64,000 bases of DNA from Candidatus Saccharimonadota bacterium (GCA_019352195.1 JACAFG010000004.1:21024-85023); one strand, 5' to 3'. Positions 28,667-37,966 are shown, counted from the first letter of the stretch. Made by a program: numbers and translations. Notes: generated by a model not told the origin, from the sequence alone.

Positions 28667-30561
28667 CATCCCGAAATCGGTTCATAGTCAGTGTCGTCTT
28701 CACCATCCCGTTGGCATTAGGCATGCTCGGCCTCATGCTGCCAGGTGGCGCCTGGACGCAATGGTTGCTGGCAACACCAGTAGTGCTCGTTGGTGGCTAC
28801 CCGTTCTTCGTTGGGGCGTGGTCGGCGTTTAAGCATCGTCAGGCCAGTATGGATACGCTGGTGGCTCTCGGAGTCGGTACCGCCTATGTTTACAGCGTGT
28901 ACGCACTCCTCGTTGGCACAGAAGTATACTTCGAGATTGCAGCGCTCCTCATTACATTCGTATTGTTAGGCAAAGTCTTTGAAGACATGACTCGTAACCG
29001 TGCCAATAGCGCCATCGAGAAGTTGGTTGGTCTGCAGGCGAAACAAGCTACCGTCGTGCGAGACGGCAAAGAAGTGCTCGTGCCGCTCGAAGAGGTGCAG
29101 GTGGGTGATGTTATTCGGGTGAAACCAGGCGAGAAGATCGCCGTTGATGGCACCGTATTAGATGGAGCAACGACGATAGACGAGGCGATGGTCACGGGCG
29201 AGAGTCTGCCCGTATCGAAGCGAGTCAGTGATGCCGTCATCGGCTCCACTATTAACAAGACTGGTACGATCACCTTTAAGGCGACCAAGGTTGGGAGCGA
29301 TACACTACTTTCGCAGATCGTTGAGCTGGTACGTAAGGCTCAGACGAGTCGTGCGCCCATCCAGAAGTTGGCTGATCAGGTATCGGGTGTCTTCGTCCCC
29401 GTGGTGCTCATTATCGCCATCGTTACGTTCAACGTTTGGTTCGTACTACTGGGTGCCAGCTTCGTAGATGCACTCCTCTTTGCCGTCTCTGTAGTAGTTA
29501 TCGCCTGCCCGTGCGCTCTGGGTCTCGCTACGCCCACCGCCCTCATGGTCGGAACGGGTCGTGGTGCTCGTCTGGGCATCCTGATCAAGAGCGGGGAAGT
29601 CTTGGAAGCGGCGAATAACATTAAGTACGTCGTCTTCGACAAGACAGGCACGATTACCGAAGGCAAGCCTGTCGTCACAGACTTAGTTGGCGAAGATGCC
29701 AAGGAGATTCTTCTCGTAGCCGCCTCGCTTGAGGCAGCGTCGGAACATCCATTGGCCTCGGCCATACTTGAGAAGGCCAATATGGACTCGTTAGAGCCCG
29801 CCAAAATTAGGGATTTCGTTGCCGTAGAGGGCAAGGGAGTTCAGGCTCAACTTCGTGACCAGGTCGTTGCTATTGGTAATAGGTCGCTCATGCAGGATCT
29901 AGGGGTAGTCATCGATGACGTAGCGGAGAAGCTATCCGCCCTCGAACACCACGGTAAGACGGTCATGATGGTCGCTAGCAACGGAAAGCTGCTTGGGCTT
30001 ATCGCCGTCCAAGACCAGCCAAAGTCTATGGCTAAGGCTGCTATATCTCATCTGAACGGTCGAGGCATCGTATCGGTGATGCTCACTGGCGACAACGAAG
30101 CGACGGCTCAGGCAATTGCCAGCGAGGTCGGCATAACTAAGGTCGTTTCGGAAGTCTTACCTAGCGATAAAGCCGATCACATTAAGTCGTTGCAGCACGA
30201 TGGGCGAGTGGCCTTCGTAGGTGATGGCATAAATGATGCACCTGCCCTGGCGCTCGCCGACCTAGGAATTGCCATGGGCTCAGGCACCGACATCGCTATG
30301 GAGGCTGGTGGAATCGTATTGGTGAAGAATGACTTAAACGATGTGGGGCGGGCCTTACGTCTGAGCCAACTCACGTTCGGGCGAATCAAGCTCAATCTAT
30401 TCTGGGCGTTCATCTATAACTTGATCGGCATACCGATTGCGGCTGGCGTCTTCGCCTCATACGGCTTGGTGCTAAACCCGGCATTGGCGGGGTTAGCGAT
30501 GGCTTTCAGCTCAGTGTCAGTCGTTACTAGTTCGTTGCTACTTAACCGATCAAGGCTCTAG
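28663..30561 (+). CDS. copA: Copper-translocating P1B-type ATPase lacking N-terminal HMA domains.
   Basis: CPC motif (VIACPCALGLATP), DKTGTIT phosphorylation site, GDGINDAP hinge; the protein starts directly with TM helices; the stop is TAG. Confidence 0.9.
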   Translation: MTSRNRFIVSVVFTIPLALGMLGLMLPGGAWTQWLLATPVVLVGGYPFFVGAWSAFKHRQASMDTLVALGVGTAYVYSVYALLVGTEVYFEIAALLITFVLLGKVFEDMTRNRANSAIEKLVGLQAKQATVVRDGKEVLVPLEEVQVGDVIRVKPGEKIAVDGTVLDGATTIDEAMVTGESLPVSKRVSDAVIGSTINKTGTITFKATKVGSDTLLSQIVELVRKAQTSRAPIQKLADQVSGVFVPVVLIIAIVTFNVWFVLLGASFVDALLFAVSVVVIACPCALGLATPTALMVGTGRGARLGILIKSGEVLEAANNIKYVVFDKTGTITEGKPVVTDLVGEDAKEILLVAASLEAASEHPLASAILEKANMDSLEPAKIRDFVAVEGKGVQAQLRDQVVAIGNRSLMQDLGVVIDDVAEKLSALEHHGKTVMMVASNGKLLGLIAVQDQPKSMAKAAISHLNGRGIVSVMLTGDNEATAQAIASEVGITKVVSEVLPSDKADHIKSLQHDGRVAFVGDGINDAPALALADLGIAMGSGTDIAMEAGGIVLVKNDLNDVGRALRLSQLTFGRIKLNLFWAFIYNLIGIPIAAGVFASYGLVLNPALAGLAMAFSSVSVVTSSLLLNRSRL

Positions 30562-30593
30562 AATTAAATCAATACAACGAGGAGTGACTAATA

Positions 30594-30812
30594 ATGATGT
30601 ATGACTATAACGATAATTTCGGAGGAGGATTGTTCATGATATTAATATTAATTTTGTTAGTGGTTGGTGCTTTCGTGGCCTACCGTTACTACTCAAATAC
30701 ACCACGAACTGGCGAGAAGTCATCGCCACTCGATATATTAAAGGAACGTTATGCGAAAGGCGAGATTGATAAGAAGGAGTTTGAAGATAAGCGCAAGGAT
30801 CTTGAGGGTTAG
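30594..30812 (+). CDS. SHOCT-domain small membrane protein.
   Basis: N-terminal TM helix; C-terminal LKERYAKGEIDKKEFEDKRKDL (SHOCT). Confidence 0.75.
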   Translation: MMYDYNDNFGGGLFMILILILLVVGAFVAYRYYSNTPRTGEKSSPLDILKERYAKGEIDKKEFEDKRKDLEG

Positions 30813-30964
30813 TCGAATAAATCTGAATCTAATAATGAAATCCCTCTGAGTTAACGCGCAATGTATAGGTTCTCTCTGAGCTGTAACTCCTTCCCTAGTG
30901 CAAGAACCTGATGTAGATATACGGTTCGAAGAGTGCGTGGTAGGGGGAGCCAGCACTAATTCAT

Positions 30965-30991
30965 AAAAGAGGCTTAACATAGGCTCTTTTT
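30965..30991 (+). terminator. Rho-independent terminator, sequence-related to the one after tRNA-Asn.
   Basis: aaaagaggctt-aacat-aggctcttttt; it shares the aaagaggctta ... ctcttttt arms with the 26383-26410 hairpin. Confidence 0.55.
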
Positions 30992-31083
30992 AGTACCCAA
31001 ATACTTGATAAATTATGGTGGGTAGCAGATAATCACTATCGTCCAAATGCTCGTTAATAATTTGTCTAGAAGAAGGATCAGCT

Positions 31084-32193
31084 ATGACTGACCAGCCAAT
31101 GACGTATGCGGGAAGTGGCGTTAGCTACGACGCCATGGACCCATTCAAGCGGGCTTGTCAGCTCGCTGGACTCGGAACGGCCGGAAACATCCAGCGACTC
31201 GCAAACCGTGAGTTCAAAGAGTGGGAGGCGAGCCGAGGTGAGAGTGCCTATCTCATTGAGGCCGCTGACAGCTACCTCGCTCACGTTGAGGAGGGGCTCG
31301 GGACCAAGAACCTCGTGGCCGACGCGATGTATGCCCTCACCGGCAAGAGCTACTACGACCAGGTCGCGCAAGACACGGTGGCCATGATCGTTAACGACAT
31401 GATCACTCTCGGCGCCCTGCCGCTGTCAGTTGCGATGCACCTGGCGGTGGGCGACTCGGCCTGGTTCGACGACGAGCAGCGCTGGAACGACCTCATCAAG
31501 GGTTGGGCGACAGCTTGCACCCTGGCACGATGCGTCTGGGGCGGTGGCGAGACGCCAACTCTCAAGGATGTTGTTATACCCGGAGCGGTCGTTCTCTCAG
31601 GCTCGGCCATGGGCATCGTCAAGCCGAAGGAGCGCTTGATCCGTAGCAACATCCAACACGGCGATGCGATCGTCATGCTGGCAAGCTCCGGCGTACACGC
31701 TAACGGCCTAACTCTCGCTCGGAAGATCGCTGAACGCACTGGCTACCACACCAGGCTGAGCGACGGCCGAATGTTCGGCGAGGCCCTGCTCGACCCAACG
31801 GCAATCTACGTGCCCGTGGTAGAGGACTGCCAGGAAGCCGGAATCGACCTTCACTACACTGTGAACGTCACCGGTCACGGTTGGCGCAAGCTCATGCGGG
31901 CGGTCGAGCCGTTCGTCTACTGGGTCAATTGGGTTCCAGAACCTCAACCAGTTTTCAGTTTCATCCAAGAACATGGGCCGGTTGACGCGGAGGAAATGTA
32001 CGGCAACTACAACATGGGCGCTGGATTCGCACTCTACGTCGCTTACGAAGACGCGGAGCGAGTCGTCGAGGTAGCTAGTCAGAGCGGTATCCAGGGGTGG
32101 ATCGCCGGTCACATCGCCAAGACGGGCGATAAGCGGGTTGTAATCCAACCCCTCGACCTGTCTTACGAGGGAGAAACCCTCGGCGTTCGCTGA
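31084..32193 (+). CDS. AIR synthase-related (PurM-like) protein; possibly phosphoribosylformylglycinamidine cyclo-ligase.
   Basis: PurM-superfamily motifs (GGGETPTL; C-terminal domain YNMGAGF); no other pur genes nearby, so the specific function is uncertain. Confidence 0.6.
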   Translation: MTDQPMTYAGSGVSYDAMDPFKRACQLAGLGTAGNIQRLANREFKEWEASRGESAYLIEAADSYLAHVEEGLGTKNLVADAMYALTGKSYYDQVAQDTVAMIVNDMITLGALPLSVAMHLAVGDSAWFDDEQRWNDLIKGWATACTLARCVWGGGETPTLKDVVIPGAVVLSGSAMGIVKPKERLIRSNIQHGDAIVMLASSGVHANGLTLARKIAERTGYHTRLSDGRMFGEALLDPTAIYVPVVEDCQEAGIDLHYTVNVTGHGWRKLMRAVEPFVYWVNWVPEPQPVFSFIQEHGPVDAEEMYGNYNMGAGFALYVAYEDAERVVEVASQSGIQGWIAGHIAKTGDKRVVIQPLDLSYEGETLGVR

Positions 32194-32318
32194 AACACCC
32201 AGCAATCGGCGGGTAGCCGAGCTCTGGAGTAATCCAGGGCTCGGCACTCAACCCTAGTCTTCAAATTCTTGAAGTTTTAGGTTGGGTTCAAAGTTCGAAA
32301 ATCGTCCCACAGCCCGAG

Positions 32319-32360
32319 CCAAGAATAAAGCACGAACTTCGGTTTGTGCTTTATTCTTGG
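32319..32360. repeat. Perfect 15-bp stem hairpin CCAAGAATAAAGCAC-N12-GTGCTTTATTCTTGG.
   Basis: Read directly from the sequence; it lies within a highly structured 335-bp intergenic region after the purM-like gene. Confidence 0.7.
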
Positions 32361-32528
32361 TAGCGAACAGCATGAGCCCGGACCGAAGGCTCGATAACTA
32401 GGAGCTAAAGTAGGTATTTATGCCAAGTAAGCGACGAGGATAAACACAGGAGTCCGCTACCGTTAGAGCTAAATAACCCCTTAATAATCCGGCATCATCA
32501 ATACTCTCTGATCTGCTACCATTGGTAC

Positions 32529-33122
32529 ATGAATAAAGAAGAGCAGCTGCACTCTCGTCTCAAGGAATTGGTAGTGCAGCAGTCAGCTAGCCCTGAATTT
32601 AAGCACCATAAATGGTTCGTCCAATGGCATCTTGAGATAGTTCAAGCTATCGCACTCGAATTATGCGACAAGTATCCCTCGGCAGATAGAATCCAGGTCC
32701 TTAATCTAGTGTGGCTGCATGATTACGAGAAAATAGTTGATTTTGATAATCAGTACAATACAGAGCTAGTCGCCAGTAGCAATGTAATGGCAGAAGCAGG
32801 TTTCAAAGAAGCTAGTATAGCGAAGATGTTATCTGACATTAATATATACAATGCCAAGGCGAACCTGCATGCCGCATCTATTGAGATACAGATTGTGTCG
32901 TCATCAGATGCAGCCTCACACATGATTGGTCCCTTTCTATCGTTGTATTGGTATGAAAATCCTGAAAAATCCATAACCGAACTGCAGGCAGATAACTTGA
33001 AGAAGTTCTCGGGCGACTGGGATAAGAAGATGACACTGCCCGAAGTTAAGGCAGCTTTTGCTGGGCGTTACAAGTTTATACAAGAGCAAATAGGCAACAT
33101 CCCTACTAGTTATTTAGGATAA
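32529..33122 (+). CDS. HD-domain phosphohydrolase-like protein in a low-GC segment.
   Basis: H ... HD pattern (HHKWFVQWHLE ... WLHDYEK); the gene is visibly AT-richer than its flanks. Confidence 0.5.
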   Translation: MNKEEQLHSRLKELVVQQSASPEFKHHKWFVQWHLEIVQAIALELCDKYPSADRIQVLNLVWLHDYEKIVDFDNQYNTELVASSNVMAEAGFKEASIAKMLSDINIYNAKANLHAASIEIQIVSSSDAASHMIGPFLSLYWYENPEKSITELQADNLKKFSGDWDKKMTLPEVKAAFAGRYKFIQEQIGNIPTSYLG

Positions 33123-33145
33123 GACATCAATACTCGCCACAACTC

Positions 33146-33193
33146 GCAACCAAAGTAAAACCCCCTCACCCGTGGCGGTTTTACTTTGGTTGC
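33146..33193. repeat. Perfect 15-bp stem hairpin GCAACCAAAGTAAAA-N18-TTTTACTTTGGTTGC downstream of the HD gene.
   Basis: Read directly from the sequence. Confidence 0.7.
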
Positions 33194-33413
33194 TCGAAGG
33201 GCCTAGTTCGACCCGAAAGTTCGGCGCTGTGACGCGCCGTAGGAATAGCCCGACCGTCGGCGTAATAAACCAAGTGTGTGCAGGAGGCCACGGCGTGGCG
33301 AGCGACACAAACAGCTACTCAATCAACGAAGCAAGTTACTTTTTATACCTTTACTAAAGCAATAGTCTAATTATAAGCTTATGTTTATTGTCTAAAATTG
33401 CTATCATTGATAT

Positions 33414-33887
33414 ATGAATCAGCTTATAGTTTTTTGTGCTAAATATTTATTAATTCTTAGCTTAGTGCTCGTGGCAATCTTTTGGCTGCGCCTCGACTCC
33501 GACAATAAGAAACGCTTCGCAGTCGAGGCAATAGTCGGTGGCCTATTGGCATTACTTTTGGCAAAAATTGCCAGTCATTTAATTAGCGACCCAAGACCCT
33601 TTATATCGGGCCATTTCACACCTTTAATTCCTCATGCCAACGACAACGGTTTTCCGTCTGATCATGCCTTGATTACCTCGTTCCTAGCCTTCTTAGTGTG
33701 GCCCTTCTCAAGACGAGTTAGCCTCGCACTGCTCGTCATTGCCCTCACGGTCAGTTCTGCAAGGGTCGCAGCCGGTATCCATCACCCGATCGATATTCTT
33801 GGCTCCTTCATTATCGCCGCAGGAGCAGTTCTTATCGTGAATGAACTGTGGAAGTGGTGGGCACGTCGTCATAAACCAACTTCATGA
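33414..33887 (+). CDS. PAP2 family phosphatase (undecaprenyl-diphosphatase or lipid phosphatase).
   Basis: PAP2 motifs KxxxxxxRP (DPRPF), PSDH, SRxxxxxHxxxD (SSARVAAGIHHPID). Confidence 0.85.
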   Translation: MNQLIVFCAKYLLILSLVLVAIFWLRLDSDNKKRFAVEAIVGGLLALLLAKIASHLISDPRPFISGHFTPLIPHANDNGFPSDHALITSFLAFLVWPFSRRVSLALLVIALTVSSARVAAGIHHPIDILGSFIIAAGAVLIVNELWKWWARRHKPTS

Positions 33888-34094
33888 CCGCAAGCCCAAT
33901 ACTGGGCAAGGTTCTGCAAGTCGTAGGGTTTATCTGGGTTGTGAACGTTCTCATCGCTGCCAAGTATGCGAGGAACGCACGTAGGTGGCGAGTTAAATGC
34001 GACACAGTCCGACCTCCAAACCAAACAATAAATACATAAAATGAGGCTAAACCAAGCCTCATTTTTGCTGCGTAATAACTGCTACACTTTCATC

Positions 34095-35026
34095 ATGACA
34101 ACACCAGAAAATCATGACGCGCAAAGCTCGGGCTTGGAATTTACAGGTGCACAAGACTACGCTGATCTAGCAGCGGCACTAGGCCGGTCCACAGAAACCT
34201 ATGAAAGTTATGTCGGCATCTGTGATGTTCTTAGTCCCGACGAAGCCCGTGCGATGGCGCAAGCGCTTCGTGACACCGTACCGATCCAAATCGAAAAGTT
34301 ATGATTGGGATTATGGCCGGCCACTTTACCATGAGGCCAGATGCCGAGTGGGGCGAAGGTCAGCGATCAGTTTTTGCCACTAGAGAAGAGATGGCAGGCG
34401 GCTTCACCGATGATCCTGACGTACTCAACACCGTGCATTTCGCCGACCTGTATCGTCCCAAAGAAGTACAGACCCTGTTAGAGGATCTTGACCGAGTTGT
34501 GGAGTTTGGCGGTGAGAACTTGCACGCCATCCAGCTCGATGTAACCTAGCCGGAGGTGGACGATATCGACCAGTTTAAAGCTAAGCACCCAGATATAGCG
34601 CTCGTCTTGCAGCTGGGTAAATCGGCCTTTGAAATGGTAGATCACGATCCGCAGCGAATGGTCGATGAACTTGATAAGTACGGCGATTCTATTGATTATG
34701 TTTTGCTGGACCTGAGTATGGGTAAAGGACGGGCGATGCAGGCTGATGAACTGCTTTCGGCCCTACGGCTTATTCGCCAGGAATTACCCGGTCTTGGCTT
34801 GGCGGTTGCCGGAGGGTTGGGTCCAGAGACAGTTCACCTGCTCGAGCCGATTGCGAGGGAGTTCCCCGATATATCGATCGATGCGCAGGGGCGCTTGAAG
34901 CATCCAGATGCGCCGGTCGACGATAGGGGCCACATGGTCTCAACGGTACCGGCCGATCCTGCACGCTCCGAGCAATACATCATTAACAGCTGTGCCATTT
35001 TAGATAAGCCGAAAGAGGAGGTTTAG
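34095..35026 (+). pseudogene. TrpF-like (phosphoribosylanthranilate isomerase family) TIM-barrel gene disrupted by a frameshift (about 34271-34304) and an in-frame TAG (34547-34549).
   Basis: Three consecutive ORF pieces: frame 0 ends at 34304, frame 2 runs 34301-34549, and the same frame resumes at 34556; TrpF-like motifs YVGICDVLSPDEA, ENLHAIQLD, VLLDLSMGKG, LAVAGGLGPETV, ISIDAQGRL. Confidence 0.5.
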
Positions 35027-35028
35027 CA

Positions 35029-35148
35029 GATGAATCAAGATGTGAAGAACGATCACTCCGGTACTCCTTGCGAAAAGTGTAAGCAAAATCCCTGCGTTTG
35101 TGATGACAAAACGTACACCCACAGCCGTCGGATGCAACGCCCCGCGTG
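35029..35148 (+). CDS. Unannotated 39-aa Cys-rich small protein (C-x2-C-x4-C-x-C).
   Basis: Strong SD AAAGAGGAGG placed 7 nt before the ATG; translation MNQDVKNDHSGTPCEKCKQNPCVCDDKTYTHSRRMQRPA. Confidence 0.45.
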
Positions 35149-35232
35149 AAGGGTAGCCACCGTTCGGGTAACCCGCCCAAGCTGAAATGGCTGTAACACC
35201 GGAGAATATAAGTCTGGTAAACCGGTCTTACC

Positions 35233-36210
35233 ATGGCTAATTGGTTTAATGATTTCGAAAGCCGGCCGCTCGTCGGTAAAGACAAGATCCCATGGCTAGT
35301 CACGGTCGAATTTGAGATCCAGAGTAAGTATTTTGTAGATAATCTCAAGCGTTTGCCCCAGCCAGACTCAGCCACCGATGCCCAACTCCTCGCCTCATCC
35401 CAGCATTGCAATAACTTGATCGGCTGGGTCGAGCAAATGAGGATTATGGGTTACACCGGCCTACCCGGTGTCATCGAGGACGTCCTAGCAGACGAATTTG
35501 GCAATCGCCAGCTATTGGCTGACCTCCGGCAGACATATACGAGCAAGTGGCTCGACGGAAAGGCGGGCCAGCACAAGATCGGAGAAAATTACTTCACGGT
35601 TCATCAAGGCAAGTTTTATTACTCCACCATCCATGGTGAATGGTTTGAGGTGCGGGCAAACACCATCTTCGATATTTCGCCAATATTTAGCCATAAGGCA
35701 GACATTCCTACCACCGCCCTTCTCACTGCCCACCATGAACCAACCCGATACCAGCAAATTTATACGGCATGGCGTCTGGCGGGTAATTCGGGCAAAATGT
35801 TGTCGGCGCAGTTTTCATCAAAATCTGGCCAGACGACGCCAGAAGATGTACTTGAAGACACGATCAAAAAACTTCATATCATCGTTGAACAGCCAGTGGC
35901 TCTCGAAGCCATCGAGCAGGCGACAGCGGGTAAACCCAATTATCTCGAGTACCTCATCAAAATAAGCTGCCTGGTGGCCGACTTTGCCGAGCATCGCCGC
36001 CAGTCGGGTGAACACACACGCTACCTGCTGCGCTACTGCGCGATGTTCCACGAAGCTCAGATACTACTTGATATCGTTAAACATGAACCAACCTCGCATG
36101 ATCAGATTTATCTTGGCCGCCAATCCCTGAGCAGCTCACTGCGAGACGCCGGGCATTGGTACGTTGCACAAGAGTTGTTACTCTTATCATTGCAGAAATA
36201 CCCCCAATAA
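35233..36210 (+). CDS. Hypothetical protein (325 aa), no recognisable domain.
   Basis: Long ORF with coding-like composition; the minus-strand ORF 34983-35411 overlapping it is judged spurious. Confidence 0.5.
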   Translation: MANWFNDFESRPLVGKDKIPWLVTVEFEIQSKYFVDNLKRLPQPDSATDAQLLASSQHCNNLIGWVEQMRIMGYTGLPGVIEDVLADEFGNRQLLADLRQTYTSKWLDGKAGQHKIGENYFTVHQGKFYYSTIHGEWFEVRANTIFDISPIFSHKADIPTTALLTAHHEPTRYQQIYTAWRLAGNSGKMLSAQFSSKSGQTTPEDVLEDTIKKLHIIVEQPVALEAIEQATAGKPNYLEYLIKISCLVADFAEHRRQSGEHTRYLLRYCAMFHEAQILLDIVKHEPTSHDQIYLGRQSLSSSLRDAGHWYVAQELLLLSLQKYPQ

Positions 36211-36691
36211 TTTCACCGACTTCTACGCAGAATTTACCCAGCGGCTAAAGGAGTACGAGGCCTATAGTCCCGAGTTTGCCGCCTTAGTTCATGACTTAGT
36301 TTTGTACCTGGGGAACCACATTGCCCAAGCCAAGGTGACGAATCGCAGGATTAACGTTATCGATCTGGGCTTCCAGGGCTCAATCAACATGCTGGTGAAA
36401 TATGTGCTCGACCAATATTGTTCTCAAAGCGCAAAACAAGCTGCCGATATTCATATGTACGTTGTGGCAGAGTGGTTTAAAGGTGTGTACCACAACATGT
36501 ACACGAGTAATACCTTCTCAAGCCTTACTCATATCGAAGTCATGGCGCGAAACAACGCCATTTACCAATATGTACCGGGTAGCCTACACGACGGGAAGCT
36601 CACCGTTACCTACGGCAGCAAAGACGATCAGAGCCAAGCCGATATGGAACTGACTGTCATGGCAATGACAATCTTGCTTCAGAACAAGTAA
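36164..36691 (+). CDS. Hypothetical protein overlapping the previous ORF by 47 nt in another frame; possibly one frameshifted gene or a coupled pair.
   Basis: The ORF has no internal Met for about 90 codons after the listed start. Confidence 0.4.
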   Translation: MHKSCYSYHCRNTPNNFTDFYAEFTQRLKEYEAYSPEFAALVHDLVLYLGNHIAQAKVTNRRINVIDLGFQGSINMLVKYVLDQYCSQSAKQAADIHMYVVAEWFKGVYHNMYTSNTFSSLTHIEVMARNNAIYQYVPGSLHDGKLTVTYGSKDDQSQADMELTVMAMTILLQNK

Positions 36692-36857
36692 AACTGCTTA
36701 ATCTATCTGGTAACGTGATCTAGCCACTGGTACCAGGGTAAACCGCGCTCCATCGCTATGCTTTGAGACACCAAAGCTTTAGCACCAAAACTAATGCATT
36801 TGGTCATCAACCGCGCTAAGCTTAGTTACCAAGATACGTAATCAAAGGTACAAACTT

Positions 36858-37160
36858 ATGTTTTTCCTGCTGCTGCTCCTCATATTTCTCTCGCCCCGTG
36901 TTTTGCTATTCCTGACTTGGCTATTTAACTATTATCGCTTCGTGGTCGTGTTTAGCCCGCACACATTTCTGATTCCTATCCTGGGCTTTATTTTTATGCC
37001 ATGGACCACCCTTATTTACCTGCTTAATTACAGCGTTACTGCGCCCGGACACCTCACAATGTGGGGCTGGGCTTGGGTAACCTTGGCCGTACTGGCCGAC
37101 CTAGGTAGCTACGGTAGCTCGCGCTTTGGCCGCGGACGACGCTCGTCTCTCGTCGAATAA
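36858..37160 (+). CDS. Small hydrophobic membrane protein.
   Basis: 100 aa with 3 predicted TM helices. Confidence 0.45.
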   Translation: MFFLLLLLIFLSPRVLLFLTWLFNYYRFVVVFSPHTFLIPILGFIFMPWTTLIYLLNYSVTAPGHLTMWGWAWVTLAVLADLGSYGSSRFGRGRRSSLVE

Positions 37161-37199
37161 CCGAGCCGACAGCCGCGCTGACGCCCGCTGCTAGGCCGA

Positions 37200-37511
37200 T
37201 TAGCGTTTCGCTTTATACCCCGGATTGCGATATAAACTCACATCAATCAAGATCTTAAACGCAGCCAAAATAGCGATAGGGATTTCGAAGTCATCGAGTC
37301 CTGCTAAGCCGAAGGTAAAAGGCACGAGGGCATCGTTGAGCGCTGCAAAAGGCGCGTAACCAACCAAAAACAACAAGAAGACGCGGCTCAGGCCAAACAA
37401 GTGGAATTTGTTAGCATCTTTCAGGTAGCGCCAAAACGCCTGTCCGTAGGTAAGCTTGGCTTGCGGCTGGGCGTAGTTGCCAACTTGGTCTAATACTGTT
37501 TGTCTGGGCAT
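37200..37511 (-). CDS. Small membrane protein (YkvA/DUF1232-like).
   Basis: 103 aa, two TM helices; the family call is tentative. Confidence 0.45.
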   Translation of the reverse strand: MPRQTVLDQVGNYAQPQAKLTYGQAFWRYLKDANKFHLFGLSRVFLLFLVGYAPFAALNDALVPFTFGLAGLDDFEIPIAILAAFKILIDVSLYRNPGYKAKR

Positions 37512-37615
37512 CGTATCCTCCTAAGATCAAAGCCAGCTTAGTGGATCAAATAGGCTTGGTATATGGCCATATCTCCAACTGTCACCGTTGCAAGTGATGG
37601 GCTATCATATAGGCC

Positions 37616-37966
37616 ATGTCACCTGTAGAGACCTACCTAGCCAATACTCAGCCGGCCGAGCGTGCGGCGCTCGAGCGGATTTGCAAGCTAGCGCGCCAGC
37701 TGATTCCAGAGCCCGAAGAAGCGCGAAGCTACGGCATGCCAGCGTTCAAGTATCGCGGGAAGCCCGTGGTGGGATTTTTGGTGTGGACCACGTTTATGAG
37801 CTTGTATCCGTTTAGTAGCGACGCCGTCACGCGCGCCGGGAGTCTGTTAGATGGTTTTGAATTTTCCAAAGGCACGGTGCGTTTTACACTCGAAAAAACC
37901 ATCCCAGAGGATGCCTTAAAACTAATCATCAACGCGCGTTTGGCCGAAATTACTGCCGCCAGCTAA
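37616..37966 (+). CDS. DUF1801 (YdhG-like) domain protein.
   Basis: Conserved core SYGMPAFKYRGKPVVGF ... typical of DUF1801. Confidence 0.65.
   Translation: MSPVETYLANTQPAERAALERICKLARQLIPEPEEARSYGMPAFKYRGKPVVGFLVWTTFMSLYPFSSDAVTRAGSLLDGFEFSKGTVRFTLEKTIPEDALKLIINARLAEITAAS

Noticed and set aside
30922-30952. A candidate attR direct repeat of the tRNA-Asn 3-prime end (cggttcga ... ggagcca).
   Set aside because: Only two short blocks match and the intervening bases differ. This is insufficient to call an att site, so it is mentioned only as weak support in the island finding.
34547-34549. Possible TAG stop-codon reassignment or readthrough. In-frame TAGs occur here and in the ATP-cone remnant at 39605-39607.
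   Set aside because: TAG is the terminator of dnaA, lexA and copA at positions consistent with full-length homologues. Both TAG-containing genes also carry frameshifts. Both are therefore read as nonsense-mutated pseudogenes.
34983-35411. 142-aa minus-strand ORF.
   Set aside because: It overlaps the end of the TrpF-like gene, the strongly supported small Cys ORF and the start of 35233-36210, and it has no RBS. It is judged spurious.
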